Positions 28,343 through 38,257 of a DNA stretch of 64,000 nucleotides are shown one piece after another. The translations under genes and the position numbers were made by a program. The notes under the pieces were generated by a model. That model ran no database searches, had not been told where the DNA came from, and was given only the letters and a program-made list of their open reading frames with translations. The stretch spans positions 1 to 64,000 of the forward strand of contig JAFLBJ010000002.1 of NCBI GenBank assembly GCA_017303415.1, read 5' to 3'. The number at the start of each line of letters is the position of its first letter. Positions within the stretch are counted from its first letter, which is position 1. Source of the DNA: Chitinophagales bacterium (GTDB lineage Bacteria; Bacteroidota; Bacteroidia; Chitinophagales; Chitinophagaceae).

Positions 28343-30535
28343 ATGCAATCTATTCGATCCCTGTCGATCCTGCTCCTATTATCCCTGTTTGCTACAGGAC
28401 ATTCACTGTACGCCCAGGAAATGATCGACGAAGATTTTCTCGATGCCCTCTCTGAAAATGCCAAAGAAGTGTGGGCCGAAACCGATCAGGATTTTACCGT
28501 ATCCAAATCGCCAGCCAAATGGATGGATGAATCGGCCGTAGCCGTGGCTTATAAAAAACATATTCTTTTTGATAAAAAACGGTCAGGTCTGTTGGGAGGA
28601 AAGGAAAAACTGGTGTTGGTGGAAAGGAAACACATGAAAGTGATCCTCCAGGACCGTCAGGCGGTGAATGATTTTTCGGAACTCTATTTCCGGTACAGTT
28701 CCAAAATGGATGGCTTTGGCGCCGTGGTATACAAAACAGATGGCACCAAAAAAGAGATTCCCCTGACCAGGGCTGTGAGTATTGAGGACAATGATAATGT
28801 GCCTGAGTTCTTCAAAAGTTTTTTTGACCAGAACGTCAGCAATCGAAATGAATACTATAAAGTCCCGGTAGCGGATCTCTTGCCCGGTGATCAACTTGAA
28901 TTTGTATCCGTAACGAGCAGTACACTTGATGTTAAGAAAACACCCTATTATACATTTGATCCCCAGTATGAACTCTGCCAGAAAGTGATGCCCTTGATGG
29001 TGCATAAGATCGTGATCGAAACAGACAATAATTCATTCATCACCGCGCGAAGCATCAATGGCGCGCCGGATTTTCAACAATCCATGAACGGTGATTTCAC
29101 TGTCTATACCTGGACGGACAAAGACCGTGACCGCCTGAAGGATGGAAATTTTGTCAATGAATACCTCGTGTTGCCCATGGTTAAATTCCAGATCATCTAC
29201 ACCGATGGGCGTGATATCAAGTCATTATTTGCCGGATCCAAGGGGCAAATGAAATCCAGCTTTGATAGCAAGGAGATCGGTGAAAAAGCTTTTGCCAACT
29301 ATATAGCCACGGGAAAGACCTATGTGTATGGGTCCTCCGCCACGGTGGATATGATCGCCGGCGGATTGTGGAACAAGATGAAGAACAACGGGGCTAAGGA
29401 TGTTACGGAAGAGGATTTGATTAAAATGGCCTATTACTATATCCGTCATACACAGGTCTTCAACAACTATTACTATTCCGATCAACAATTTGTTTACCTG
29501 ATGGCCAAATTGCTGGGAGAAAGAAAGATCACATCGGAGGTTGTTGTAACAACCCCCAATAATATTACGGTGCCAGCGAATTTGTTATTTGAATCCGAAC
29601 TCGCCTGGTGTCTGCGCGTCAAAGGGAAATTTGTGTTCAAGGCCACGGAACATTCGAATTTATATGATGTGGACGAGCGAATGACCGGGAACGAGGCCTA
29701 TGTGTTGGGTGGAACTATCAAGGCTTTGCCGGAAAAGATTGTGATCCCCGATTCAAAGGCTGATGATAACAAAGGGTTATTTCAATGCCAGGTGACCCTT
29801 GACACCTCAAAAAAATGGCTGAATGTGGTTCGTACCTCGGCCTATACCGGTATTCAAAAAGAAAGGAACAGTGGATATGCCATGCGGTTTACACCATATA
29901 TGTTCACTGACAGCCGCACCTATTTTGGACCGGATGATATGGAAGGGGTTCCGCAGAAATATGCCGATCAATTCTACCAGCAAAAAAAGGCCCTGACCGA
30001 TGAGTTCAAAGAAAGAAAACCCGATTACATGAAGCAACAACTGGAAAGGGAATTTGACGGGCCGGTCACCTACCAGAATTTTGATATGGTGGCGGAGGGT
30101 CGGAGTTTTAAAAAACCCGAAATGATGTTTCGCGAGACCTTCCAGGTAGGAGGGCTGATCCGCAAAGCGGGCAAGAAGCTATTGGTTAATCTGTCCGGGC
30201 TGATGGGTGGGCAATTGCATATCAATGAGGATGATCGTTTGCGTGAATTCGATGCCGACCTCCGTTATCCCCGAAAGCTTCGGTGGCAGATCAATTTCAC
30301 CATACCTGCCGGATATACCGTAGATGGTTTAAAGGAGTTGACCAACAATATCGATACCGAAGCCGGGTCCTTTATAAGCTCCGCTTCGGTCAAGGATAAT
30401 GTGCTGACCCTGGATATCCAAAAGATCTACAAAACCAGTCAGGTAAAACGGGAAAATTGGGGGCAAATGCTGGCCTTTGTGGATGCCGCGGATGCCTTCA
30501 CCAACCGCCTCATTTTGTTGAAACCTGCTCAATAA
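28343..30535 (+). CDS. DUF3857/DUF3858-like secreted protein, partner of the transglutaminase-like protein and lacking a catalytic Cys
   Basis: Signal peptide. 730 aa. Adjacent to 26389-28329 in the same orientation with a 13 nt gap. Confidence 0.45.
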   Translation: MQSIRSLSILLLLSLFATGHSLYAQEMIDEDFLDALSENAKEVWAETDQDFTVSKSPAKWMDESAVAVAYKKHILFDKKRSGLLGGKEKLVLVERKHMKVILQDRQAVNDFSELYFRYSSKMDGFGAVVYKTDGTKKEIPLTRAVSIEDNDNVPEFFKSFFDQNVSNRNEYYKVPVADLLPGDQLEFVSVTSSTLDVKKTPYYTFDPQYELCQKVMPLMVHKIVIETDNNSFITARSINGAPDFQQSMNGDFTVYTWTDKDRDRLKDGNFVNEYLVLPMVKFQIIYTDGRDIKSLFAGSKGQMKSSFDSKEIGEKAFANYIATGKTYVYGSSATVDMIAGGLWNKMKNNGAKDVTEEDLIKMAYYYIRHTQVFNNYYYSDQQFVYLMAKLLGERKITSEVVVTTPNNITVPANLLFESELAWCLRVKGKFVFKATEHSNLYDVDERMTGNEAYVLGGTIKALPEKIVIPDSKADDNKGLFQCQVTLDTSKKWLNVVRTSAYTGIQKERNSGYAMRFTPYMFTDSRTYFGPDDMEGVPQKYADQFYQQKKALTDEFKERKPDYMKQQLEREFDGPVTYQNFDMVAEGRSFKKPEMMFRETFQVGGLIRKAGKKLLVNLSGLMGGQLHINEDDRLREFDADLRYPRKLRWQINFTIPAGYTVDGLKELTNNIDTEAGSFISSASVKDNVLTLDIQKIYKTSQVKRENWGQMLAFVDAADAFTNRLILLKPAQ

Positions 30536-30588
30536 CTTTATTTCGGAATTTTCAACCCGCCCCCTTACCTTTGCGGCCTGAAAATTAA

Positions 30589-32109
<1,521 letters not shown>

Positions 32110-32115
32110 GCGTCT

Positions 32116-32173
32116 AGTCGGAAGTCAGAAGACCGATGTCAAGAGTATAGACCTCGGACCCCCGACTTCGGAC
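32116..32173. repeat. Short inverted-repeat element, family F3 (GTCSGAAGTC units), lying between atpD and atpC
   Basis: 'agtcggaagtcagaagacc...gacctcggacccccgacttcggac'. The motif is shared with 50725-50806. Confidence 0.6.
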
Positions 32174-32213
32174 AAATTTGGGAATCCTATTAGTTGTGAA
32201 AATTAAATAGTAA

Positions 32214-32471
32214 ATGAATCTCGAAATACTTACTCCGGAAAAAAAGCTCTTCAGCGGTGAAGTTTACGGTGTGCAAATGCCTGGCACCAGCGGAAGCTTT
32301 GAAGTATTGGAGAAACATGCACCCATGGTCAGCGCCCTCAAGGCCGGCAAGGTGAAAGTGTTGAAGGATAAACAGAATCACCTCGCTCATTTTGAGATAC
32401 AGGGTGGTTTTGTAGAAGTGCTGAACAACCGCGTTACGGTCCTGGTAGAAGGCGCCAACGCTATTGAATAA
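32214..32471 (+). CDS. atpC: ATP synthase F1 epsilon subunit (short form)
   Basis: 85 aa. MNLEILTPEKKLFSGEV... beta-sandwich N-domain. Immediately downstream of atpD. Confidence 0.85.
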   Translation: MNLEILTPEKKLFSGEVYGVQMPGTSGSFEVLEKHAPMVSALKAGKVKVLKDKQNHLAHFEIQGGFVEVLNNRVTVLVEGANAIE

Positions 32472-32548
32472 GAAACCTCATCCCCAGAAAGGAATTTTTA
32501 CATAATTGGACGGAAAACCCAATTGGTCCATGATTGATGACAAGACTG

Positions 32549-32575
32549 ACCTCCCCGCCTGGGGAGGTTTTTTTA
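32549..32575 (+). terminator. Rho-independent terminator after atpC
   Basis: 'acctccccgcctggggaggtttttttt': an 8 bp GC stem followed by T8. Confidence 0.85.
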
Positions 32576-32581
32576 TGGGGA

Positions 32582-33133
32582 TCAGTTGAGTTGGGGGTCA
32601 ATGGGAAAATTGATCAGGATCTCGTAGTCGCCACCCAAATGCCGTAGTGCATCTTTCCAGATCTCTTTTTCATTGGGGTGAAAAATGAGTGAAGGTTCGG
32701 CTTTTACCGTTAACCAGGATTTTTCATTCATTTCATCCGTCAACTGCCCCTGGCTCCAACCGGAATACCCGATATAAAAGCGGATCTTATCCTGATCCAG
32801 GGTATTTGATTTGATCAGTTCAATGACACGGGAAAAATCACCACCCCAAAACACCCCTCGGAGGATCTCAATACCTCCCGGAATATCATCCGGGCATTGA
32901 TGCAAAAAATGGATGGTATCCAATTGTACCGGACCGCCATAATAAACAGGGATAGGATGATCATCCAGATCAGGGATTAGTTGGTCCATGGTGGTGGAAT
33001 GGAGCCGGTTCAATACAAATCCAAAACTGCCCTCTTCCTGATGCTCACACAATAAAACCACCGTGCGCATGAAATTAGGGTCCTGAAGAAACGGATCGGA
33101 GATCAGCAATATGCCTTTTCCGGGGTCAATCAT
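32582..33133 (-). CDS. YqgE/AlgH-family protein (UPF0301)
   Basis: 183 aa. LLISDPFLQDPNFMRTVVLLCEHQEEGSFGFVLNR, typical of YqgE. Confidence 0.7.
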   Translation of the reverse strand: MIDPGKGILLISDPFLQDPNFMRTVVLLCEHQEEGSFGFVLNRLHSTTMDQLIPDLDDHPIPVYYGGPVQLDTIHFLHQCPDDIPGGIEILRGVFWGGDFSRVIELIKSNTLDQDKIRFYIGYSGWSQGQLTDEMNEKSWLTVKAEPSLIFHPNEKEIWKDALRHLGGDYEILINFPIDPQLN

Positions 33134-33250
33134 GATTCAATTTACCACCAAAATGCTATTTAACCTTTCTATGTAGGTAAATTTTACATTTTTGCTATAA
33201 TATTGCCAGGTTTTCCGGAATAAAATCCATGCCGGAAAATGTAAGCTATT

Positions 33251-34573
33251 GTGAGAAGAACATTCCCCATAATCATCATTCTTATTTCCATTTCACTGAT
33301 TGGAATCATCCTGATCCAGTTATCATGGATCAAGAGCATGACCATTTCCAAAGAGGATCAACTGGAAGCCCAGCTTGTATCCGCTACCCGGATGGTGGGG
33401 GAGGAACTGTCGGTGTACAAAACCACCAGTTTTAACAACCCGCTTACACGGGACAATTTTTCCCTGGATATATTGAAACCACCTACCATCGGACAACGTT
33501 TTAAAGTAACCGAGATATCCGAAAAGATCAGCCGGGCTTTTGACCTGAATGGCATGAAAGGAACAAAATTTGAATTTGCCCTGGTAACAGCCAATTCACT
33601 GGGAGAAGGGGTGATCGAACGGCAAAGTAGCGGATACCAGAAGCTCAGTTACGATACCACCCATTGCAAACAATCCATATTTCCGATTGTAGCGCCCGGA
33701 GGTAGTTTTCTGGAGAACCTCGCTCCAAACGAAATATTGATCGTGGCCATTCCGAATATCAAGTCCGTGGTGTTTCGCGAATTACGCTGGAAGATCGGCA
33801 CCGCCATCCTATTTACCATCATCATTTTTGCGGCCTTCTTTCTGACTGTAAACACCATGTTGCGGCAGAAAAAACTCAGTGAGATCAAGAACGATTTTAT
33901 CAATAATATGACCCATGAGTTCAAGACACCACTGGCCACCATTTCATTGGCGGTGGATGCCTTGAAAAATGAAAAGGTGCAATCTGACCGCGACCGGATG
34001 AAATATTTTAGCAGCATCATCAAAGAGGAGAATCAACGGATGCACCGGCAGGTGGAAACCATCCTCAAAGCTGCTTTGATGGAAAAACAGGAAGTGGAAT
34101 TAATGCTTTCACCGGTACATGCCCACGAAGTGATACAGGATACCGCGCAGAATTTCGCGCTTCAGTTAGAGGAAAAACAGGGCAAAGTAGAATTGGATCT
34201 CCAGGCCACCGAAGATCTTATCCAGGCCGATGAGGTGCATTTTTCCAATCTGGTCAATAACCTGATCGACAATGCGGTCAAGTATGCCAAACAACATGTG
34301 CCCCCCGAAATTCGTATCAGCTCCTTTTCCGATAAGAAAAAACTCACCATCATTTTCGAAGACAATGGCATCGGTATGAGCAAAGAAACGATCCGTCGCA
34401 TTTTTGAAAAATTCTACCGCGCTCATACCGGCAACCTGCATAATGTAAAAGGTTTTGGGTTGGGATTGAGTTATGTCAAAACCATGGTAGAAGCACATGG
34501 CGGCACCATCAAAGCAGAAAGCACCGTAGGGAAGGGGAGTGTGTTTACGGTGGAGATACCTTTTAGGAAATAG
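33251..34573 (+). CDS. Two-component sensor histidine kinase (orphan)
   Basis: TM segment. HisKA H-box MTHEFKTPL. N-box NLIDNAVKY. G-boxes DNGIGM and GLGL. Confidence 0.85.
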   Translation: MRRTFPIIIILISISLIGIILIQLSWIKSMTISKEDQLEAQLVSATRMVGEELSVYKTTSFNNPLTRDNFSLDILKPPTIGQRFKVTEISEKISRAFDLNGMKGTKFEFALVTANSLGEGVIERQSSGYQKLSYDTTHCKQSIFPIVAPGGSFLENLAPNEILIVAIPNIKSVVFRELRWKIGTAILFTIIIFAAFFLTVNTMLRQKKLSEIKNDFINNMTHEFKTPLATISLAVDALKNEKVQSDRDRMKYFSSIIKEENQRMHRQVETILKAALMEKQEVELMLSPVHAHEVIQDTAQNFALQLEEKQGKVELDLQATEDLIQADEVHFSNLVNNLIDNAVKYAKQHVPPEIRISSFSDKKKLTIIFEDNGIGMSKETIRRIFEKFYRAHTGNLHNVKGFGLGLSYVKTMVEAHGGTIKAESTVGKGSVFTVEIPFRK

Positions 34574-34574
34574 G

Positions 34575-34870
34575 GAGGCGTGAGAATCGTGAGACGTGAG
34601 ACGTGAGGCGTGAATGGTGAATAGTGAATGGTGAATAGTGAATAGTGAATAGTGAATAGTGAAAGATATAAAAAAGGGTCAATAGTGAAAACTATTGACC
34701 CTTTTGCTTATACATTATTTTCCTCCCCATTCCCCATTCACTATTCACTATTCACCATTCACGCCTCACGTCTCACGCCTCACGTCTCACGCCTCACGTC
34801 TCACGCCTCACGTCTCACGTCTCACACCTCACGCCTCACACCTCACGCCTCACATACAACAAGCTCCCAT
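34575..34870. repeat. Giant heptamer-tandem palindrome, family F2 (CGTGAGR and GTGAATR units), flanking a central terminator hairpin
   Basis: The left arm (34575-34667) and right arm (34728-34870) are reverse-complementary arrays of 7-mers. The centre (34676-34709) carries 'gggtcaatagtgaaaactattgaccc' followed by TTTTG. Confidence 0.85.
34676..34709 (+). terminator. Rho-independent terminator for the histidine kinase, located at the centre of the F2 palindrome
   Basis: A perfect 11 bp stem, 'gggtcaatagt gaaa actattgaccc', followed by TTTTGCTT. Confidence 0.75.
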
Positions 34871-36080
34871 CTCCATAACTCAAAAACCGGAAGTTCTTCT
34901 TCAGCGCATATTCATACACTTTCTTCCAATCGGGGCCAATGGCTGCGGCCACCAATAACAGCAGGGTGGATTGTGGTTGATGAAAATTGGTGACCAATAC
35001 TTCTACGATCCTGAATTTATATCCTGGTACGATCATCAATTGGGTTCGGGTAATCAATTCCTCCTTTTCATTTCTTTTCAGCCAGGTCAATAATGCCTGC
35101 AAGGCAACCGGTACCGTCATGGAATCCTTTTCAAGTGCATAAGCTTCCCATTGGCCCAGGGTCAGTGAGGCAGGGTGGATAAAGGGATTGAGTTTTGTTT
35201 TGACCCCCAACCAATAGAGACTTTCAATGGTACGCAGCGAGGTTGTACCTACGGCCGTGATGATATACTTGTGGTTTTCGAGAATATTTTCAACCGTTTT
35301 GTAGTTCACATGAATAAACTCCGAATGCATGGCGTGATCGGCGATCGTGGCCGATTTTACCGGCATAAATGTCCCTGCACCGACGTGAAGTGTAATGAAA
35401 TCTGTTTTGATCTTTCGTTCCTCTAGCGATTTTAATATGGCCGGGGTAAAATGTAAGCCTGCAGTTGGGGCAGCGACTGAGCCATCGTAATGCGCGTAAA
35501 TGGTCTGGTATTGTTCCGCATCTTCCACCCGTACAGCTCTTTTGATATAGGGGGGAAGAGGGATCGAACCTGCGGCATGTAATATTTCTGCAAAACTGAA
35601 TTGCTCACTATTCCATATCAATTCGATCAGAAAGTGATCACCTTTTTTTTCCCGGTAATGCGCTTCCAGTGTGATATCCGTATCGGTTATGCGTAATTTT
35701 TTTCGGAGTACCTGACCCGGTTTCCATTTGGAAGCTCCGCCAATCAGGCATTTCCAAAATACACTACCTGTTGTTTGCATGGCCAATGAAATATCGCCAT
35801 GGCGTTCATCGGGTTCGAGACAAAATATTTCGATCTGACCACCGGTTTCTTTTTGAAACAACAGACGTGCTTCCACCACTTTGGTATCGTTGAATACCAT
35901 AAGGGCTTCCCGGGGTATATACTCCGCTATATGGGAATAATGATCCTCCCGAATCTCACCGTCCTGGTAAATAAGGAGTCTTGACTGATCGCGCTCGGTA
36001 AGCGGAAATTCGGCAATGTTTTCTGCCGGTAGCGGATAGGTAAAATCCGCGATGGATATTTTGCTGGGGTCTGGTTTCAT
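34836..36080 (-). CDS. queA: S-adenosylmethionine:tRNA ribosyltransferase-isomerase
   Basis: Start trimmed to MKPDPSKISIADFTYPLPAENIA at 36080. Conserved GSVAAPTAGLHFT and TLHVGAGTF motifs. The stop codon and the last four codons (RREV) come from the heptamer repeat. Confidence 0.85.
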   Translation of the reverse strand: MKPDPSKISIADFTYPLPAENIAEFPLTERDQSRLLIYQDGEIREDHYSHIAEYIPREALMVFNDTKVVEARLLFQKETGGQIEIFCLEPDERHGDISLAMQTTGSVFWKCLIGGASKWKPGQVLRKKLRITDTDITLEAHYREKKGDHFLIELIWNSEQFSFAEILHAAGSIPLPPYIKRAVRVEDAEQYQTIYAHYDGSVAAPTAGLHFTPAILKSLEERKIKTDFITLHVGAGTFMPVKSATIADHAMHSEFIHVNYKTVENILENHKYIITAVGTTSLRTIESLYWLGVKTKLNPFIHPASLTLGQWEAYALEKDSMTVPVALQALLTWLKRNEKEELITRTQLMIVPGYKFRIVEVLVTNFHQPQSTLLLLVAAAIGPDWKKVYEYALKKNFRFLSYGDGSLLYVRREV

Positions 36081-36114
36081 ACAACTAACTGTTGTAGTGG
36101 GTACGAAGGTAGGA

Positions 36115-36300
36115 ATTTTGGATGATGGATGAGAGATGACAGATGACGGATGACAGATGACGGAAGATGGATGTTGGATGTTGGATGTTGGATGGGGAGG
36201 CTTGCTGTCCAACATCTGTCATCCGTCATCTGTCATCTGTCATCTGTCATCCAACATCCGTCATCCAACATCCAACATCCAACATCCTCCTCCCGCTCCA
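36115..36300. repeat. Heptamer-tandem hairpin element, family F1 (GATGACA/GATGACG/GATGTTG), in the queA/mraZ divergent region
   Basis: Left arm: about 11 units of GATGNNN. Loop: 'ggggaggcttgctgt'. Right arm: about 11 units of the reverse complements (CAACATC/CGTCATC/TGTCATC). Confidence 0.85.
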
Positions 36301-36506
36301 ATCCACACCTTTTCCACCCTAATCCACACCCTATTCACCATCAAAAGCGTCTCCCACTTTACCCCATCGCGTATAATCCTTACTGGTAGCGGGTTTCACC
36401 CCATTTACCCCCTGTGGAAAAAATAAAAAGATGAAAATTTGATTTATGAGTGGGAAAAAGTGTTATTTTGTGTCAATCTAATAAAAATTGATACAAATTA
36501 CTGATA

Positions 36507-36968
36507 ATGATAGGTTTTCTCGGCGAATTCGAGGCCACTTTGGACGCAAAGGGGCGCTTTCTTCTGCCGGCGGGCTTTAAGAAGCAGCTGCCGGAGGGGG
36601 CCGAGGATCGGTTTGTGATCAACAGGGGATTTGAAAGATGTTTGAGTTTGTACCCTATTCCCAACTGGGAGCCGCTCTTTACAGAGATCAGCAATATCGA
36701 CGAGTTCGATGAGGAGGCCCGCCGGTTCCGGCGCTACTTCCTGAACGGGGCCACTTACGTGGAGCCGGATACCGCCGGGCGCCTGCTGATACCCGGCAAC
36801 CTGAAGGAATATGCCAGCCTGGATAAGAATATCGTCCTGGTATCGGCAGTAAAAAAGATAGAAATCTGGGATAGTAATAAGTACCACCAGCTCTTTGATT
36901 CATTATCTGCGGAAGATTACAGTAACCTGGCGAAGAAGGTGATGGGAAAACCCAAACCGGGAGCCTGA
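36507..36968 (+). CDS. mraZ: Transcriptional regulator MraZ
   Basis: 153 aa. MIGFLGEFEATLDAKGRFLLPAGFKKQL, a duplicated MraZ domain. First gene of the dcw cluster. Confidence 0.9.
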   Translation: MIGFLGEFEATLDAKGRFLLPAGFKKQLPEGAEDRFVINRGFERCLSLYPIPNWEPLFTEISNIDEFDEEARRFRRYFLNGATYVEPDTAGRLLIPGNLKEYASLDKNIVLVSAVKKIEIWDSNKYHQLFDSLSAEDYSNLAKKVMGKPKPGA

Positions 36969-36975
36969 TCAAACT

Positions 36976-37899
36976 ATGAATGAGGGGAACCATATTGACC
37001 AACCCTATCATGTGCCGGTCCTGCTCCGGGAAACGATTGATGCCCTGCAACTTCACCCGGACGGAACCTATGTCGATTGCACCTTTGGCGGTGGCGGCCA
37101 TTCCCGTTATCTGCTGGAGCAATTGGGGCCTGGCGGCAAACTGCTGGTATTTGACCAGGATGAAGCCGCCCGTAAAAATTGCCCCGATGACGACCGGATG
37201 ATCTTTATCCCTCACAATTTTCGCCACCTCCGCCGCTTTTTAAAATTACATGGTGTATCCAGTGTGGATGGTATCATGGCCGATCTGGGGGTAAGCAGCC
37301 ACCAGTTTGATGAAGCCACCCGGGGATTTTCAACCCGGTTTGAAGGAGATCTGGATATGCGGATGGATCAGCGGCAGGAACTTTCAGCGTTTACTGTTGT
37401 CAACACCTATTCGGAACAGCAACTGCATAAGTTGTTTGAACAATACGGAGAAGTGACCAACTCCCGAACCCTGGCCAAAACAATCGTCAGTCTCCGGGGC
37501 GTCAGCTCACTCCGAACCACCGAAGGTTTTAAAACAGCTCTCCGCGGAGTGGTAAAAGGAAATCCCAATAAATATTTCGCTCAGGTATTCCAGGCGCTGC
37601 GTATCGAGGTCAATGATGAATTAGGCGCGCTTCGTGAATTACTGGAACAAATACCAGACCTGCTTAAGCCCGGAGGACGGGCTGCCATCATCACATTCCA
37701 CTCATTAGAGGACCGATTGGTCAAAAACTTTTTCCGCCAGGGAACCTGGGAAGAGGCGGAGGAGAATCCTTTTACTATGCAAACCAGGGTGAACACACTA
37801 AAGGTCATTACCAAAAAACCCATCGTGGCCTCACCCGACGAAATCAAGAAAAACTCACGCTCCCGAAGCGCCAAGCTCCGGGTAGCCGAAAAGATATAA
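36976..37899 (+). CDS. rsmH: 16S rRNA (cytosine1402-N4)-methyltransferase
   Basis: HVPVLLRE... YVDCTFGGGGHS... DLGVSSHQFD motifs. Confidence 0.9.
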   Translation: MNEGNHIDQPYHVPVLLRETIDALQLHPDGTYVDCTFGGGGHSRYLLEQLGPGGKLLVFDQDEAARKNCPDDDRMIFIPHNFRHLRRFLKLHGVSSVDGIMADLGVSSHQFDEATRGFSTRFEGDLDMRMDQRQELSAFTVVNTYSEQQLHKLFEQYGEVTNSRTLAKTIVSLRGVSSLRTTEGFKTALRGVVKGNPNKYFAQVFQALRIEVNDELGALRELLEQIPDLLKPGGRAAIITFHSLEDRLVKNFFRQGTWEEAEENPFTMQTRVNTLKVITKKPIVASPDEIKKNSRSRSAKLRVAEKI

Positions 37900-38232
37900 A
37901 TGGCAGACAATAATACCATCACGGAAAAAGAACAAAAGCCAGATTGGAAAAGATGGCTGAACTATCCGTCACTGGTTAAACAACTGCCCTTCTTTCTTTT
38001 TCTGACTTTGCTGGCGGTTATCTATATCTATAATGGACACCATGCCGATAAGACGATCCGCAAGATCAGTCAAACCGCAAGGGAGGTAAAAGAACTGCAA
38101 TACGAGTACAAGAATGTGAAAGCCGAAGTGATGTTTCTCAGTAAAAGAAGTGAACTGGTGAAGGCAGCAGAGAAACTGGGACTGAAAGAAGGGGATAACG
38201 CCCCCGCCGTACTCGACGATCAGGCCAACTAA
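37900..38232 (+). CDS. ftsL: FtsL-like cell-division protein
   Basis: 110 aa. A single TM (LPFFLFLTLLAVIYIY) followed by a coiled-coil (VKELQYEYKNVKAEV). Position matches the dcw order. Confidence 0.6.
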   Translation: MADNNTITEKEQKPDWKRWLNYPSLVKQLPFFLFLTLLAVIYIYNGHHADKTIRKISQTAREVKELQYEYKNVKAEVMFLSKRSELVKAAEKLGLKEGDNAPAVLDDQAN

Positions 38233-38257
38233 GGATCAGGCCACCGAAGATGACCAT

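Noticed and set aside
34652-34993. ORFs 34652-34993 and 34695-34958, encoding periodic peptides (HASRLTSHASRLT...)
   Set aside because: These are translations of the tandem CGTGAGR heptamer array. The periodic low-complexity peptide is a repeat artifact, not a gene.
36150-36426. ORFs 36150-36389 and 36157-36426 inside the F1 heptamer element
   Set aside because: They read through the GATGACR/CAACATC arrays and give periodic HPSSVICHLSS peptides. They lie in the intergenic region between queA and mraZ.
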